Counted from the first letter of the whole stretch, positions 11,722 through 24,847 are shown. The stretch is DNA of 63,792 bases, filler included, from Reticulomyxa filosa (GCA_000512085.1; 20 parts of 20 records of this genome joined end to end with filler, not necessarily neighbours in it); one strand, 5' to 3'. Notes: generated from the letters alone by a model not told the origin. Program-made: numbers and translations.

Positions 11722-13179
11722 GTGACACCAAATTTGTGTACTTGATTCGTGGTCCGTTGACATTCTTTTGCATTTCAAAGTCGGGTGAGACCATCGCGCA
11801 ATTGCGAAATCAATTGCGATATATGCATTTGCAAATTGTTAGCACTTTAACGAACTCTTACGAAAAAACCTTACTGACACAGTCCAGCTTTGATATGCGG
11901 TCCATCTTTGGAAACACAGATAAAATGTTATTGGATCATTTAGCCGATGAATGTGACAAGTTGTGTTACACATTATCGACATTTATACATATATATTTTT
12001 TTATATACACGACTCATAGAATTAAGAACATGTTGTATGTGCGTCAATTTCATATATGTATTGATTCCATTTTGTTGTTGTTGTTGTTGTTGTAATACGA
12101 ACAGAAATCCGACGTACTTATTCAATGCATATTTCCCATTGGAATTGTCAAAAAATGTTCGTGATGAAACTGGTGAGATAATAAAAAATAGTAAGAAATC
12201 AATTAAAGATGAATGGCGCAAAAAAATGCTGTATGGCGTGTTGTTCATTAACGGCCATATCATTACTATCACTCAACCTAAAAAAGTCCCCGTTCATCAC
12301 GAAGATGTAATCTTCTTAGTTCATATTGTACGATATTCGGAGAGTTTTAAACAATCCGAGGCTTGGTTCCCTGTTTGCTTGCCTCATTTTGAACCGACAG
12401 TTTAATTTTATGTACTTTTATTTGTTATACACACATATACATATATATGATATATATTTGTGTATATATATATATATGCATATATACATTATGCATCTTC
12501 GTTAGGATAAGCAGTGTGCACACCAATTGGTGAAATAACATTAGGGATTTGTCTATGCCTATGTGTCATACTTATTCAATGAAAGTGACATTTGCTTGGT
12601 ATTGTTGACTTTGGACAATGGCTCGTTCCATAATTGCCAACAACTCAGACATCGCATTGAAATTGGCTTGAAACAAAGCAATTTAATCGAATCTTTGCGA
12701 GCAGCTGTACAATCACATCCGTTGAAATGCCAAGAACTGATCACTTCGTCCTTAAAGATTTCCCATCCCCCTGTTTTTCAATTTTATTATCATAACACCC
12801 GAAAGCATCAATATATCTGTCCTGTGCCGTTTCAACTCTTTAACAGTGAACCTGGCAGAATCAAATTGTTTCGAAGATTGGAGCATATCTATGATAGACT
12901 ACATTCCAATCCCGATCATACTGTTTTGTTCTTTTTTTTCTTTTTCCTCTCCTCTGCGCACATAATTGCTTTTGTTATTTTATTCTCTCTCCATAGATGC
13001 ACTTTGAAAAAAGCTCGGAAGACACAATCGTTGCGAAGTTAGTTCCTAATGAATTTGAACTTGTTATTATTATGAATAGCTTCACAAGCAAAAAAGATGC
13101 CGCAAATTTGATTTCAAAACTGGTCACCTATATTTCACAGAGATCTGGCTATTTTTTCTTAAATCCTGTTCATTGGTGA
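11722..13179 (+). CDS. MON1: Vacuolar fusion protein MON1 (Rab7 GEF subunit), 5'-truncated, multi-exon
   Basis: KFVYLIRGPL..C.S..GE...L..QL...H.QI.S.LT, FDMR, SESFKQSEAWFPVCLPHF and GFVYAYVSYL longin-domain motifs. Confidence 0.9.
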
Positions 13180-13537
13180 ACAAAAAAAGTATTCGGATAT
13201 TTCATCAATTGCTGAGAGGATAGCCAAACTTTTTTGCCTACAGAATTGTGAATTGCTCTCTTCCCTTGAAAAATTTTCAAATGATCAATTTTTCTTTTTT
13301 TTTCCTGGAGTATTACATTCACTTTTTATGGCATTCAAGTAAAAACCGTTGGCCCAAAATGACCACTTTTACCTATAAAATATTCTAACCTATTTACAAG
13401 TATTTCGATTTGTCCTATGTTTAGGAAACGAAATTTGTGAAACAACCTAAACCTTGCGATTTTTGACCTTAAAAAAAAAAGGATTTTGAGCCAAGCACAA
13501 AACAGTAAACATAAAATTGGGTTGCTTTTGAAACAAA

Positions 13538-15596
13538 ATGACTGAAGGGGCAATACATATAAAACTACCAGATTGTTACAAAAATGATTATCCAAATGAC
13601 TTTTTTGTGACAGAGAACCTGACACTATTTTGTCCATTGTTTGGTGTTGACCGAAAAAAAAGCTACATACTACAAAAAATTATGCAATAATATTGTCCAT
13701 TTCTTTTTAATTAACAAACAAAATCTTAAAACAGATGTAATTACGTAACTTGTAACCCAAGTCACACAGGATGCATATCTACACATTTCAGCTGCCGTAC
13801 ATGTTTGCAATTATACCTTAGCTTAAATGGCAACAATGGGATGTTTAAATGTCCAAAGGACGGCTGTGCACACATGGTTAATGAAGCAGATGGTAGATGT
13901 TTGACTTCTCATATCCTCGTAGAAGAAATGTTGCAGGGGTTAGTGGTCAAATGTGCCCAAATCAAGGATGGCTCACGCTGCAACAAACAAATAAAGTATG
14001 CGGATTATGCAAGTCATAAACAAAATGAGTGTCCTTACACAGAAATACCGTGTCCCAATTGCAAAATTTTGATTTATCGTGTCAGTTTATCGTTTCATAC
14101 AGATTCGAGTTGTCCAAAACAAAGAATTGCATGCTCAGAAAATTGTGGTATGCTGTAATGTTCATTTGTATGCGTACTTGCTCAAGTACGTCTGAGAGAT
14201 GTTATACGTATCTTTTTTTTTCTACAGGGGAGCTCATGTTCCGTGAAGACAAGGAAACCCACCTTAAAACCTGTAAAAAAGTAATTGTTCCTTGTCCTGC
14301 GGACTGCTCGCAACACATACCCCGAGAGGAATTGCAGCAACACCAAATGTCATGTCCTAACGAATTAGTGGAGTGTCCAAACAAAGAAAAGGGTTGTTAC
14401 GAAAAAATACAAAGAAGGATAACAAAAATGCATTGTCAACACTCATGTGAATATCGGACCCTTCAATGTCCCTTTCGTAGTGATGGTTGTCTGTTTGAAA
14501 GTATTGCAAAAGAAATGGAGGAGCATGAACAGGTGTCGGAAATCGCCCACTTGCGCCTTGGTCACAAAAAAGTTTTGTACGGTAGCACGTAGAAAAAGAT
14601 TAAAAAACAAACTTTTTTTCGAGTGTGTTGCACATAGACGCTTCTTAAATTTAGTGACACTTTTTTTGTTTTCTTCCTCTTTTAAACTTTTATTAACAGT
14701 TAAGTGGGGAAATTGACGAATTGCAACAAAGAGTGCATCTATGGGAAAAATTTGGTTCTAGTTTGAAAATAAGCACTTTAGTCGTTAAGTTTCTCAAATT
14801 GACTGTGAAAAGAAAAAAAGGGATTACAACGTGTGCTTTTTTTTGATTTGATATATATTTCTGATCTTTGGAGAATGATGACTTCATCTTCCTAAAGTTT
14901 ACTGAAGTGACACAGCAAGGAGCCATTGATACGAAGAAACTCGTGATTTTGCCATTCCCGAAACAATGCTCATGGAGGAGGTTGTGAAGCATTTCGAAGG
15001 GGGAGAGCAGAAACCAATACACGTGCATTTGTGGTTGCCCTTTGAAAATATGATAACACTTTATGTTGGTCGAGTTGAAAATCTGAATATAAAACTTGAA
15101 GATCTCAAAACATCGTCAAAACCACAGTATACAGAAATCCCTCGTGATGCCTTAAGAAAAAAGGTATCTAGCTTTTGTGTCTCTTCCGACACTGTGATTG
15201 GTGTTGAAAAACGAAAACCCGCTGCCCACGAACAAGAAGTTTTCCAATGGCCATTGACCAAAAATCCAAAACAATGGATGAATTTTGAAATTGGAGATAT
15301 TATAGATGCCAAAGTTGCTTTTTATTAATTGTCTTTTTGTCTCTTAAAATATAACAATGTATTTTAATGATTTGCTTTTTGGTTTTTGTAAGTCCAAAGA
15401 TGGCAAGTGGTATGAAGCGTGCATTTATTTTATCCACAAAGGAAGTGAGAGTAGAACTGATGAAATTGCAGTCCATTTTATTGGAATAAGCAATATTTGG
15501 AATAGCTGGATCCCTATTAATGATTATAAAAGACTTGCTCATCGATATAAGTACTCTTTCACCCGACAACATGATTTAGAAAACACCACTGACTAA
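13538..15596 (+). CDS. TRAF-like protein: C3HC3D RING + TRAF zinc fingers + C-terminal Tudor/chromo-barrel-like domain
   Basis: Spliced CPLC...C-x3-H-x2-C-x2-C...CPKD RING; repeated H...C....+.CP zinc fingers; C-terminus FEIGDIIDAK|DGKWYEACI...VHFIG....WNSWI. Confidence 0.85.
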
Positions 15597-16069
15597 TAAT
15601 ACACAAAGTGACAATACCACTTAGACTTTATTTTTTAATTTTTTTTGTAGCACAATGTTAAATTTTTTTTAGAATAATAACAACTTAAAATACATACTGC
15701 ATGAAATAAATGCATAAAATTGTTCAAAAGTTTTTATTGATTTCCATTTTTACAAAAGCAAAATTAAAAAATGCATTGACCAGAATTTTTATGAATAAAA
15801 CAAAGTGTTGATAGTTGAAAACAACGACCTCCTTGGCAAAATTGTCAAAATATCATCAAAACTTGATTACTTCATTGCAATTTCACATGTTACTTGCTTA
15901 TCTGTAAAAAATCGCCTTAGTTCCTTTTGAGGTTTTTGTTTTTTGGAGTTGAACTTTTAGTCCAAAAACGAGTCAACAACACAAACGTCTTGAAAAACTC
16001 CCGAGTTATTTCTCCGCCTATCATCTTTTCCTCCTTCCGAAGAGTGAGTAGTGGCAAATTAAATTAAAC

Positions 16070-17526
16070 ATGGGGAATACATACACCAATCTTCGTTCGG
16101 AACCAGCGGATATCACGTAAGAATTTGTTTAATATTTTCAAAAAGGGAATTGTTTAGATTATGTTTTTGTTGTAAAAAACTATAAAATAAGTAACCTGGA
16201 ACCAGGAGATCATATTTATTTTTCTAATGGCATTATCTTTAATCATGCTATTTATGCAGATGCGCAAGCGCAGACCTGTGTATACTTTGATCGAGCTTCA
16301 CATCTCATTTGTGAAACTCATATCACAAATTTTTGTGCTCAACTTAGAAATTTGAGAGTTTATGATTATGGAAGAGTTAAATTTTAAAAAATGACGGCAA
16401 AAACTGTGCTTTTTTATGTGTAAATCTTGTTTATGTGTGTTGTGGTTTGTGCAACAAGATTGCATGTGTATCCCGCGAGCAAATTATAAAAAACATTTAT
16501 CACTTCGTTGGCACACGATTTTTTATTGGTTGTTATTTGAGATCATCAAGTTTTGCATTTGCATATAAGTGCCGTATTAATCGTTATACCAACGATATCA
16601 TATTCCAAAGAAATAAAGTCAATCAAAAATCGACAGGAAAAGCCTTTTCTTCAAATTACTATTTCGGGAAGAAAAAGCGCAAGGTATTGAGTATGTCTCG
16701 TACAATTAACAGCAGGTATAAAAAAACATTAATTATTGGTCATTTATGGCAAACTATTATTTTAAATTAAAGGATAGAAAAACAAAAAGCAAGACAAAAA
16801 TACCGTAGGGATTTTTTTTGTGCAAGGAAATGATTTTTCATACAACAAATTGTATAGCTCGAAATCATTCAACTCAAACACACAGCGATCCTGTGCTGCA
16901 AAGCTATCCACCTCTCAGGATATTATTGGTAAATAAAAATCCAAAAAACAGCACTTTCTTATTTATAAAACATCATTATTTTTATTTCCTTGATCAAAGG
17001 AAAAGAGTGTTCATGGTTAAATTTTGTTCTTTGTTTCTTTTTAAAAACATAAAGAAGTTAATGATGATGAAAGAGATCCATCTATTAATACTGAAGCCGT
17101 GGCTCCCAGGCAATTAAAACAAACAAGGTGGCCTTAGAGACAATGGCAAATGTTATTTGTTGTGATCAACATATTCAAAGTAATATCTCGTTAACAAGCA
17201 GAAGCAGACAAATATCTGCTGAAGATACAACATTATCAAAATTTCGTGCTGAATGTATCAAAAATTACGTAATATCAGAAGAAGCAGCTGAACAAATCTA
17301 TGAAAATAGCTGGAGCGTACAAAAACAGCACATTGAACGTGATGATAGTACAAGTTTGGCTAAAGGTCCTATTCCCACTACACCAAGCTGTGTTTTCAAC
17401 GAAGTTGTTGTAGACAGCGCGGGCGATTCTCTGACACCTTTGTATCCCAGTCAGCTTAAGACAGCAAAAGAATCACAAATCGCCCTAATTGCTGCCACGC
17501 ACTATAATAATATTTCAGATCTCTAG
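16070..17526 (+). CDS. LRAT/HRASLS-like (permuted NlpC/P60) protein, multi-exon
   Basis: MGN start; exon at 16195 reads NLEPGDHIYF...NHAIYA (cf. PGDHIY...HHGIY); later SREQIIKN..HFVG...SFAFAYKC; a second GIFL...IFH segment near 16808. Confidence 0.5.
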
Positions 17527-18651
17527 GTCATTTCCAAAAATCTCAATTTTATATTTACACACTTTCAAAAATGTGAATTTGGTTTTTTAATTTTATTATG
17601 CCCTTCATTGAAAAATGGGTGTGGTTATTTAAATTAAATTTTACACAACAAAAAACGTTACAAAGCCTTTTAGGTCAACTTTTTGTTAAAGATTCCTTTT
17701 TAAAACCAGTTACAAACTCTTCAACACAATTTTTTAGAGGTAAAAATTGAATTTTTCAAAAGTTTCCTTTCGCATCGGCGCAATTCTGTCAAATACACAC
17801 AAAAACGCGTTATGTCTCGAACAAAAAAATTAAAAATAAAACAAATAAGCAAAAAATCAGATAGGTGATGCATGAAAGTAATTTCATCAAATAACATCAG
17901 AATATAAAATCATCACTAAAAAAAAAACACAAGCGAACAAAGTACAAACTAACTTGCTCCTCACAACTATATATCACAGCGCCAAAGTGGTCCAAGTTTG
18001 TGTTTAATTTTTTTTCGCACCGTAAGTTCAGTCGTCAAAATTTTTCATTTTCAAAAAACAAAATATTTCCAGCTAAAAAACTGGTGTTTATACTTTCAAA
18101 TCTCACTGATAAAACAAGTAAAACAACAAAACAAAAAAACTTTCGGACCACTCCTTTTTTGAGAGGTTCAGCTAAAAATTTAGTACTTTTTTGTCAGTAT
18201 GTATTTTGGTACTGATTCCAAAGAAAAGAAAGCGAATTGCTATTTTTGTAGAGATAGACATAAACAATAAATGGAAATAAACTGAAACCAGTGTTGATTA
18301 TAACTTAATGATTTTTTTTATGACATACAATCGAAATATCTCAGTTACAGAAAAACAGAACATGTAACCGTGGGGTGTATACAAACATGTCCGTGTGTAT
18401 CCTCAGTTGATTTGTCTATCACAAATTGATGAAAGGAATGTCTGAGAAGCTGCTATAATGTTCGTTGCTACTGTCATTCAATGCTGTGAAGAGCATGGAC
18501 GTAGTCGCGAGTACACAATATCATTCTTCAGCAGGGATTGTCTTTCTCACTGTGTAAAACTATGTGATAAGTGAAAAAGGAAGCAAAAACAAAACAAAAA
18601 AAAAGGGTCAAATGAAATCAATAGACTAAAGCGTGAACCGATTTCACACAT

Positions 18652-20490
18652 TCACAATTGGCACGTGGGTCGATAAGGATACCAAAAACTTGAATTTAGC
18701 CACGCCTTATGTGTGAAGACTTTCATGTCCGCGATCTCAGGATGTCGTAGTTTCCATTGGGCATATGTTTGAAAAATGGTCGCCGTATCATTTCCAAGAT
18801 GCGCCAAGTCAGAGTCTTCCTTACAAAAATTATGCTTGTTTTTCAATAAATACAAAACGTAAGGCTTCAGCCGTTGCCAACTTAAAGTGAACGGGAACTG
18901 CCATTTGCTCCAATATCCATCCCACAAATAGTCTTCTTTCTTCAGTTGTATCATTGCATGTCGTTGCGGTACAAACCGATACACCCATCGCATCAGTGAT
19001 CCTTCCTCGTATCCAATGTGCCACGGTCTTCCTACGTGTGAAAAAAAAACAAAACAAGATTACAACGAGGAAAAAAAAAAAAAAAAAAAAGTAAGGAGAA
19101 GATTTAAAAACCTGCATGTGGCAAAATTTCCAAAACACTTGCAAAGTCATTCATGAAAATTCCATTGACCAAGCAACTCCCATGCATTCCCACTAAGACG
19201 TCGGCCGTGGACAATTGGTAAAGCAATTGAGGAGCGTTCAGATGAGTAAAGTCAATGAGCTCGCAGTCCAAAGCCATGTTGTCAATAAACACAGGATCTC
19301 GCTTACATTCCTCCACAGTTTGTGTGACGTTTTGCCATCTTCTCAGACCAGCCCTTCGAACGAACACGACTTTGGGACGGACTTTGGCCACTTTGTGCAG
19401 AAAAGGATTAAAAACAGGAGGTAGTCCGTACTTGGTATAATACAATTGCTTATACCACCGTGAAACATCCCAAGCGTGCTTTAGCCATTCTGTTACCGGC
19501 TCTTTGAATCGGTGATATGATGGCATCCAAGGAATGGTCTGCAAGTCTTGCGATTGCGTGGGAGTGAGTCGAAGCCCACACAAATACAGTTGCTTTATAC
19601 TGAAACATTGATCCGGTTTGACTGCTTTCAACTGTCATGCACAAAGACAATTAATTACATATGTGTATATATTATGTACGTATAATAATAAAATGAATAG
19701 AATACACATGCGTGCGCATGCATTCGTATACTCACATGGCTTACAGAACTTGAGTGGCAGCAGTAGCGTTGGTGAAGAGGGCTCGCCGATGAAAACGGAG
19801 CAAATCTTGCACGCGAAGTATCGGATGTTTTGTAAAAGGTTGCAACAACATGTGATGAAACGGCAAGAAATGGAAGTCCCACAGATAGAGGAGGACCAAA
19901 TGAAAGTCGTCGTTCAGAATTTGACCTAGATGGGTCATTTCAAACAAAGGCAAAACGACTCGAACAAACACTTCAAATAGCATTTGTGGGAACACAGATC
20001 GCACGACGATGACCGGGGCACTGTCATAGTGCTCAATGCCACCACTGCATTTACTTTCGATCGAAGGGTCATACTCACCAACAAACGCTTCGTCAAAATA
20101 CCGAGGATAAGGGTAAGGTCCGGAATTGCTGTATCCACCTTTGATGAATTAATAAAGTGATTTGTTTATTTGTAAAAGCAAAGGGAAATCATATGGATAT
20201 ACGTCGAGTATAGCATACACAAACTCCAAACAAATGCAAACAAATACCGGTGTGAATAGTGACGTTCCATTGGTCCTCGTTGCGAGTGACGTAAAAAGAG
20301 TTGTTTCGAATGAACACGGATTCACGCAATGGACACAAGCGACCTAAGGCGTGGGTGTCGATGACATCGGGTAAGCGATTGTAAACACGCAAAGGCTTGT
20401 TTACAAACAAAGAGTATTCAAATGGATATTTCGAACCGAAAGGGTTTATGTCCACTTCATTGGAATAATTGTCGGGATGTTTGTGCGCAC
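18652..20490 (-). CDS. Glycosyltransferase family 61 (EOGT/xylan arabinosyltransferase-like), 5'-truncated, multi-exon
   Basis: VVFVRR...RRW.N, Q......ADVLVGMHGSCLVNGIFM..ASVLEILP, matching the GT61 signature HGAGLTN..F...+E+.P. Confidence 0.85.
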
Positions 20491-20590
20491 NNNNNNNNNN
20501 NNNNNNNNNNNNNNNNNNNNNNNNNNNNNNNNNNTTAATTAATTAANNNNNNNNNNNNNNNNNNNNNNNNNNNNNNNNNNNNNNNNNNNN

Positions 20591-20775
20591 TCCAACTACT
20601 ATAAAAAAATTTTTTACTAGTAAAAAAATTTTTCGGACTTTGGCTTGATGATTCTTGTTTGTTGAAACGACTTGACTTTTTCGACGATTTTGAGATATAT
20701 CGATATATCTAATCTCGAGATAATTTTGACGATTTTTCACGACGATCGTTAATGATGATATATAGATTTTTTTTT
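20591..20775 (-). repeat. Variant partial copy of LINE 5' leader
   Basis: The tccaactactataaaaaaattttt..ctagt block is shared with 21311, 27039 and 35615. Confidence 0.75.
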
Positions 20776-20780
20776 TTTTT

Positions 20781-21572
20781 AATCCATGATTAATTCCAAT
20801 CCCAATGCCACCATGCATACCAGCAGCAAATTATTTACCAGTGGCAGACATGTTCGGAAATGTAGTTAACATGTCTGTTTTACCATTAGATCGGATGCTT
20901 GATCCGATTCTATGGGGTATTTTGTCCCAACATGGCTTGCAGTAGATCCGATTGGGGTAAAAACACCTTGCCTCGACTGTCCGGATCGCCTTCACAAGCC
21001 TTGTTATCAGCGAGTGGATTTCGGTTTTGCCCGAGGTTCAGTTGAAGTTACCCAACCCTCGGAGTTCTGCCAAACACAAAAGACTGATATTTGCCTCGAG
21101 AATGCTAATTTCCCGAAAGCGTCGAACACTCTTAAGACTAAGCTAGGATCGATACCCTCTCACGCAAGTCGCCCGTTTCCAGTAAAGGGTTACTATCTCA
21201 GTTACCAGGATTTTGCACTTCGGTACACTTAAAGCAACTGAGGTCAATATACGCGTTGCCAAAAGGTAACAAAAATGTTTAAAGTCACACTCCAGCCACA
21301 ATATCACAAAATCCAACTCTATAAAAAAATTTATAAATCACTATAAAAAATTTTTACTAGTTAAAAATTTTCTAGTTAGAATTTCCTTTCTTTCTTTCTT
21401 GGTCCTGAACTTTCTTGGACTAGACGACGTTTGAAATACTTTACTTGACTTTCAAAATCTCCTTCAAAACTTAAGAGATGTCAAAGTCTTGACACTTCCA
21501 ACCGCAATCTATTTCAAAATACAACTTTTTAAGAAAAGTTAATATTAATAATGAATTGTACAAATATTAATT
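20781..21572 (-). mobile_element. LINE 5' leader plus decayed ORF1 start (copy A)
   Basis: Colinear with 26500-27270 and 35240-35835. The minus strand encodes DMLTTFPNMSA...MHGGIG, like DMLTTLPNMSI...VHGGIG at 26287-26616. Confidence 0.85.
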
Positions 21573-21574
21573 TA

Positions 21575-22745
21575 TTTTTTTTTTTGTGATTTGATTCGCA
21601 AAGCAAGAGAAAAGATTAGTATTAAATTGACAAAGAAGGAAGATGCATTCATGAAAAAGAAAGCTTATTCCAATTAAATCAAATGCGCAGCGGCAAGCAA
21701 GAACGGACCTCAAAAACCAAAGAAAAGGACCAATAGAAAGAAGAATAAAAGAAAGAATACAACGACCAAATGCTACATAATAAGAAATCTGAGAAAATAA
21801 TTGTCTTGTATTATCTTGTTTCAATGCTTTGCTAATTCTACAGCATAATTCAATGAGTGTTAATTCCACCATTTTAAGTTCTTTTTCCAATTTCATTCCA
21901 TAATTTTGCTATACAAATTCCACTTATCACTTCTCAAATGTAATGTTTCTATTTCTGTTTCTTGATTTCTGGAGATAACTAATGTGCCTTGATATTGAAT
22001 ATGGTTGAAAGATAGTCCGAATAAACATCTAATTCATAATTATCTTCTCTCCAATTTCTGCATCTTGAGACTGATTCAGAACATATTGTGATGATTTTTT
22101 TACGTCTTTCTCAAAAGTCGTGATCAAATAAACTTAAATTCATTATTTGTAAATTGATAAAATCCGTCCCAAAGTGCGATAAAAGCAAGTTGAAAAGTGC
22201 CTGGTTTAAAATAGTAATTGCACTAATAACATGAACGAAAAAAGTATAAATATAACCAAATAACCAATTCAGCTGTTTTATTTTGAAATAAACGTATCAA
22301 AAATTTTAAGCATTTCAATCAAAAGATTTATTAAGAAGTCATTTCAAATTTCCCTTCTGGTTTAATAATAGTCAGACTGCTGACGATAATTGCTGCACTG
22401 TTTCTTGTAATGCTACAATTTCATCTTTCAATTTTCTTATTTCATCATATTGACTCTTATTTCTTTCTGTTTTCATTCTATTATTCACTTGCTCGTTTGT
22501 TTTTTTGGATCACTTTCACTTGCTCCTTTTATCAATTATTTTCTTTTCTCTTCGAGATATTTTCACTATATTTATTGTTTTTTAAATTACGTGGCATAAT
22601 ATTAAATTACTTGCGTGCTTTCCTTTGCACAATACATTTCATCCAATGCAGAAAGTGTTTCATGTTGAATTATTTTGCAATTATTGTAGAAAAAGAAATC
22701 ACAAATCAGAAAATTGTCATAAAATCCAAGATTACATAAATGTTA
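21575..22745 (-). mobile_element. Highly decayed LINE remnant (ORF1 end, endonuclease end/linker, possible 3' UTR and poly-A)
   Basis: Minus-strand WREDNYELDVYSDY (SDH-like), LRSDKWNLYSK and KALKQDNTRQLFS parallel FCSNNWEMYTK and LLNEGNMKQLFAK at 37300-37700. A zinc-knuckle piece lies at 22630-22740 on the + strand. Confidence 0.55.
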
Positions 22746-23072
22746 TCTTGGATGACGTCATATTTGTCAAAGATTTTCCATTTGCTTCATTAAAACTAAT
22801 AATTGTAGTTTTTTCATTTGGCACAAATTTAATGTCAAATAAATAGAAAACGTTAATCAACTAATTATATTATAATTCTTTTCCATTGATCATTGAAAAA
22901 TAAAAAAAAAAGAATATATCATCGTTTGAACTGTGATTTCTAAGAAAACAGCTTTTCTAACATTGACTAAGTAAACAAGACACAAAACGAAAACCTACAT
23001 TTTTCCAATCCAAACGAAAAAATTTTTCTGGCACAAGAATGATATAACGAAAGAGGAAATCGATGGTGATGG

Positions 23073-24300
23073 TTACAAGGTCTCCTCTGTGACAACTAGT
23101 TGGCCAATCCCTAAGGCCCAAGGTTTTATATGTTGATCGACAAAAATAGTGAAATTAGTATCAGTGCTGAAGAAGCTGTGATAATTGTGATGTTCGTGTT
23201 TATGTTTGTAATCGTTTGTTGTCGGAGCGATTTCATTTTGAGTAGTATTTTTTTTGGAGTCAGAGTTGTGGCTGTGAAACTCATCGATTTTTTGGAGCAA
23301 GTCAACAAGAACCTCACCACCTTTTTGGTTGAGCAGTTGCGATTCGGTGTTGAACCGCAAATCGACTTCCCTCAAAGCCAAGTGTTGAGAGTGCTTGATG
23401 CACAGATCGTACAAAGCAATGCAGCACTGATTGGACAAATGTTTGGAGTGCGTCAAGGCAATCTTTTTGATGTGATAGAAGTGAGGTCCATACATGTACC
23501 CTACGCTAATAAGTTGCATTAAACATAGCCACGAATGATCGGTTAAGTTAGCCTCGTAATGCAACTGAATGGACTCCAACGCAATGAGAGCAGCCGTTCC
23601 TTCGTTGGAGTCCTCAGAGGAAGCATTCGGCGAACGCAGGCGCTTAAACACGTATTCGTCGCGTGTTTGATAATACGAAATGGCCTTTGAAACGAACTTG
23701 CGAACAAATAATTCAATAAATGCATCATTGAGTTGGCAATTCTCCAACGTCAACGTGTCTACACAAGAGTAGGGATGACAAATCATATCCACCAGCAGAT
23801 CCACGTTTGCAGTCGCACGCTCCTCGCTCTTCTCTCGCGTCGCTGTTTCGTCTGTCTCTTCTTTGTCCTTGCTCTCGCCTGCACCCGTCAACGTCGTGTT
23901 CGTAATGTGCAATTCATTCACGTTCGACAACACCGACGTCAATGTGAACACATTGAGGCCATCTTTTTTTCAAAAAACACAAGCCAAAAGAATGAATGAA
24001 TGCAAGCTGTGAGTTTATTTGAAGAGCCAAGACAGTGCAAACCGGTAGGGGTTCGACCATTGGACGGGATTGGCAGTTTGCAATGGGAGGAGGAAAGGAG
24101 AGACAAGAATTGAAACTGGTGGTGAAAGTGATACAGCACAGATGTCCGATAGGTCGCGTTTTGAACTAAATCGTCCCACTTCAGCTCGTGTTTCGAAATG
24201 GTGAAATTACGGAACACTAACTTAAAGCCGGTCGCATTGCCACATAGAATATCTTTCAGTAATTCGCCGTAATTCGAATCATTGATAACCTGTCCATTAT
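23073..24300 (-). CDS. Leucine-rich-repeat (RNI-like) protein, 5'-truncated
   Basis: LxL repeats TLTLENCQLND, SIQLHYEANLTD, KIALTHSKHLSN and EVDLRFN. Confidence 0.6.
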
Positions 24301-24439
24301 CATTGTTATTATTATCATTGTTATTATTATCATTGTTATNNNNNNNNNNNNNNNNNNNNNNNNNNNNNNNNNNNNNNNNNNNNTTAATTAATTAANNNNN
24401 NNNNNNNNNNNNNNNNNNNNNNNNNNNNNNNNNNNNNNN

Positions 24440-24847
24440 TTTGGTAGTGGTGGTGGATCTAGTAGTGATGGTCTTGAAGGTGGAAGAGGAGGAGGTATTA
24501 TTCATATCATCATTCAACAACAACTTATTAATCATGGACTCATTCGTGCCAATGGAGGATTTGGTGATGGTGATTCCGATGGATTAGATGGTGGAGGAGG
24601 AGGTGGTAGTGGTGGTTCTATTCTTCTTGAATTTTCTTCTTCTTCTTCTCCTATCTCTACTTCTTCTTCTACTCCTTCTCTTCCTCAAACTCTTGGATCC
24701 ATCACCTGCAGAGGAGGAAGACCACGATGCAACAACTTTGGTGGACATGGCAGAATCGCCATCTACGGTCTCTCTCTCACCTCTCAAGACATTCAACATA
24801 TCACTCCCACTCCCTTCCATCAACTTCACAAACCGTCCCATACCTAA
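24440..24847 (+). CDS. Glycine-rich repeat protein C-terminus (frame not in ORF track)
   Basis: Open frame FGSGGG...GGRGGGIIHI...IRANGG...GGGGSGGSILL...ITCRGG...GGHGRIAIYG ending at TAA 24845-24847. Confidence 0.8.
   Translation, partial: FGSGGGSSSDGLEGGRGGGIIHIIIQQQLINHGLIRANGGFGDGDSDGLDGGGGGGSGGSILLEFSSSSSPISTSSSTPSLPQTLGSITCRGGRPRCNNFGGHGRIAIYGLSLTSQDIQHITPTPFHQLHKPSHT

Noticed and set aside
21010-21040. GGGCAAAACCGAAA on the minus strand resembling a c-di-GMP-I riboswitch start
   Set aside because: The downstream GACGCAAAG and second-stem elements are absent, and the context is a eukaryotic retroelement.
20912-21232. 106-aa + strand ORF in the LINE leader (also 26653-26877 and 35199-35381)
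   Set aside because: The copies differ by indels, with different starts, ends and lengths. Better explained as a non-coding repeat, although an antisense ORF0 is not fully excluded.
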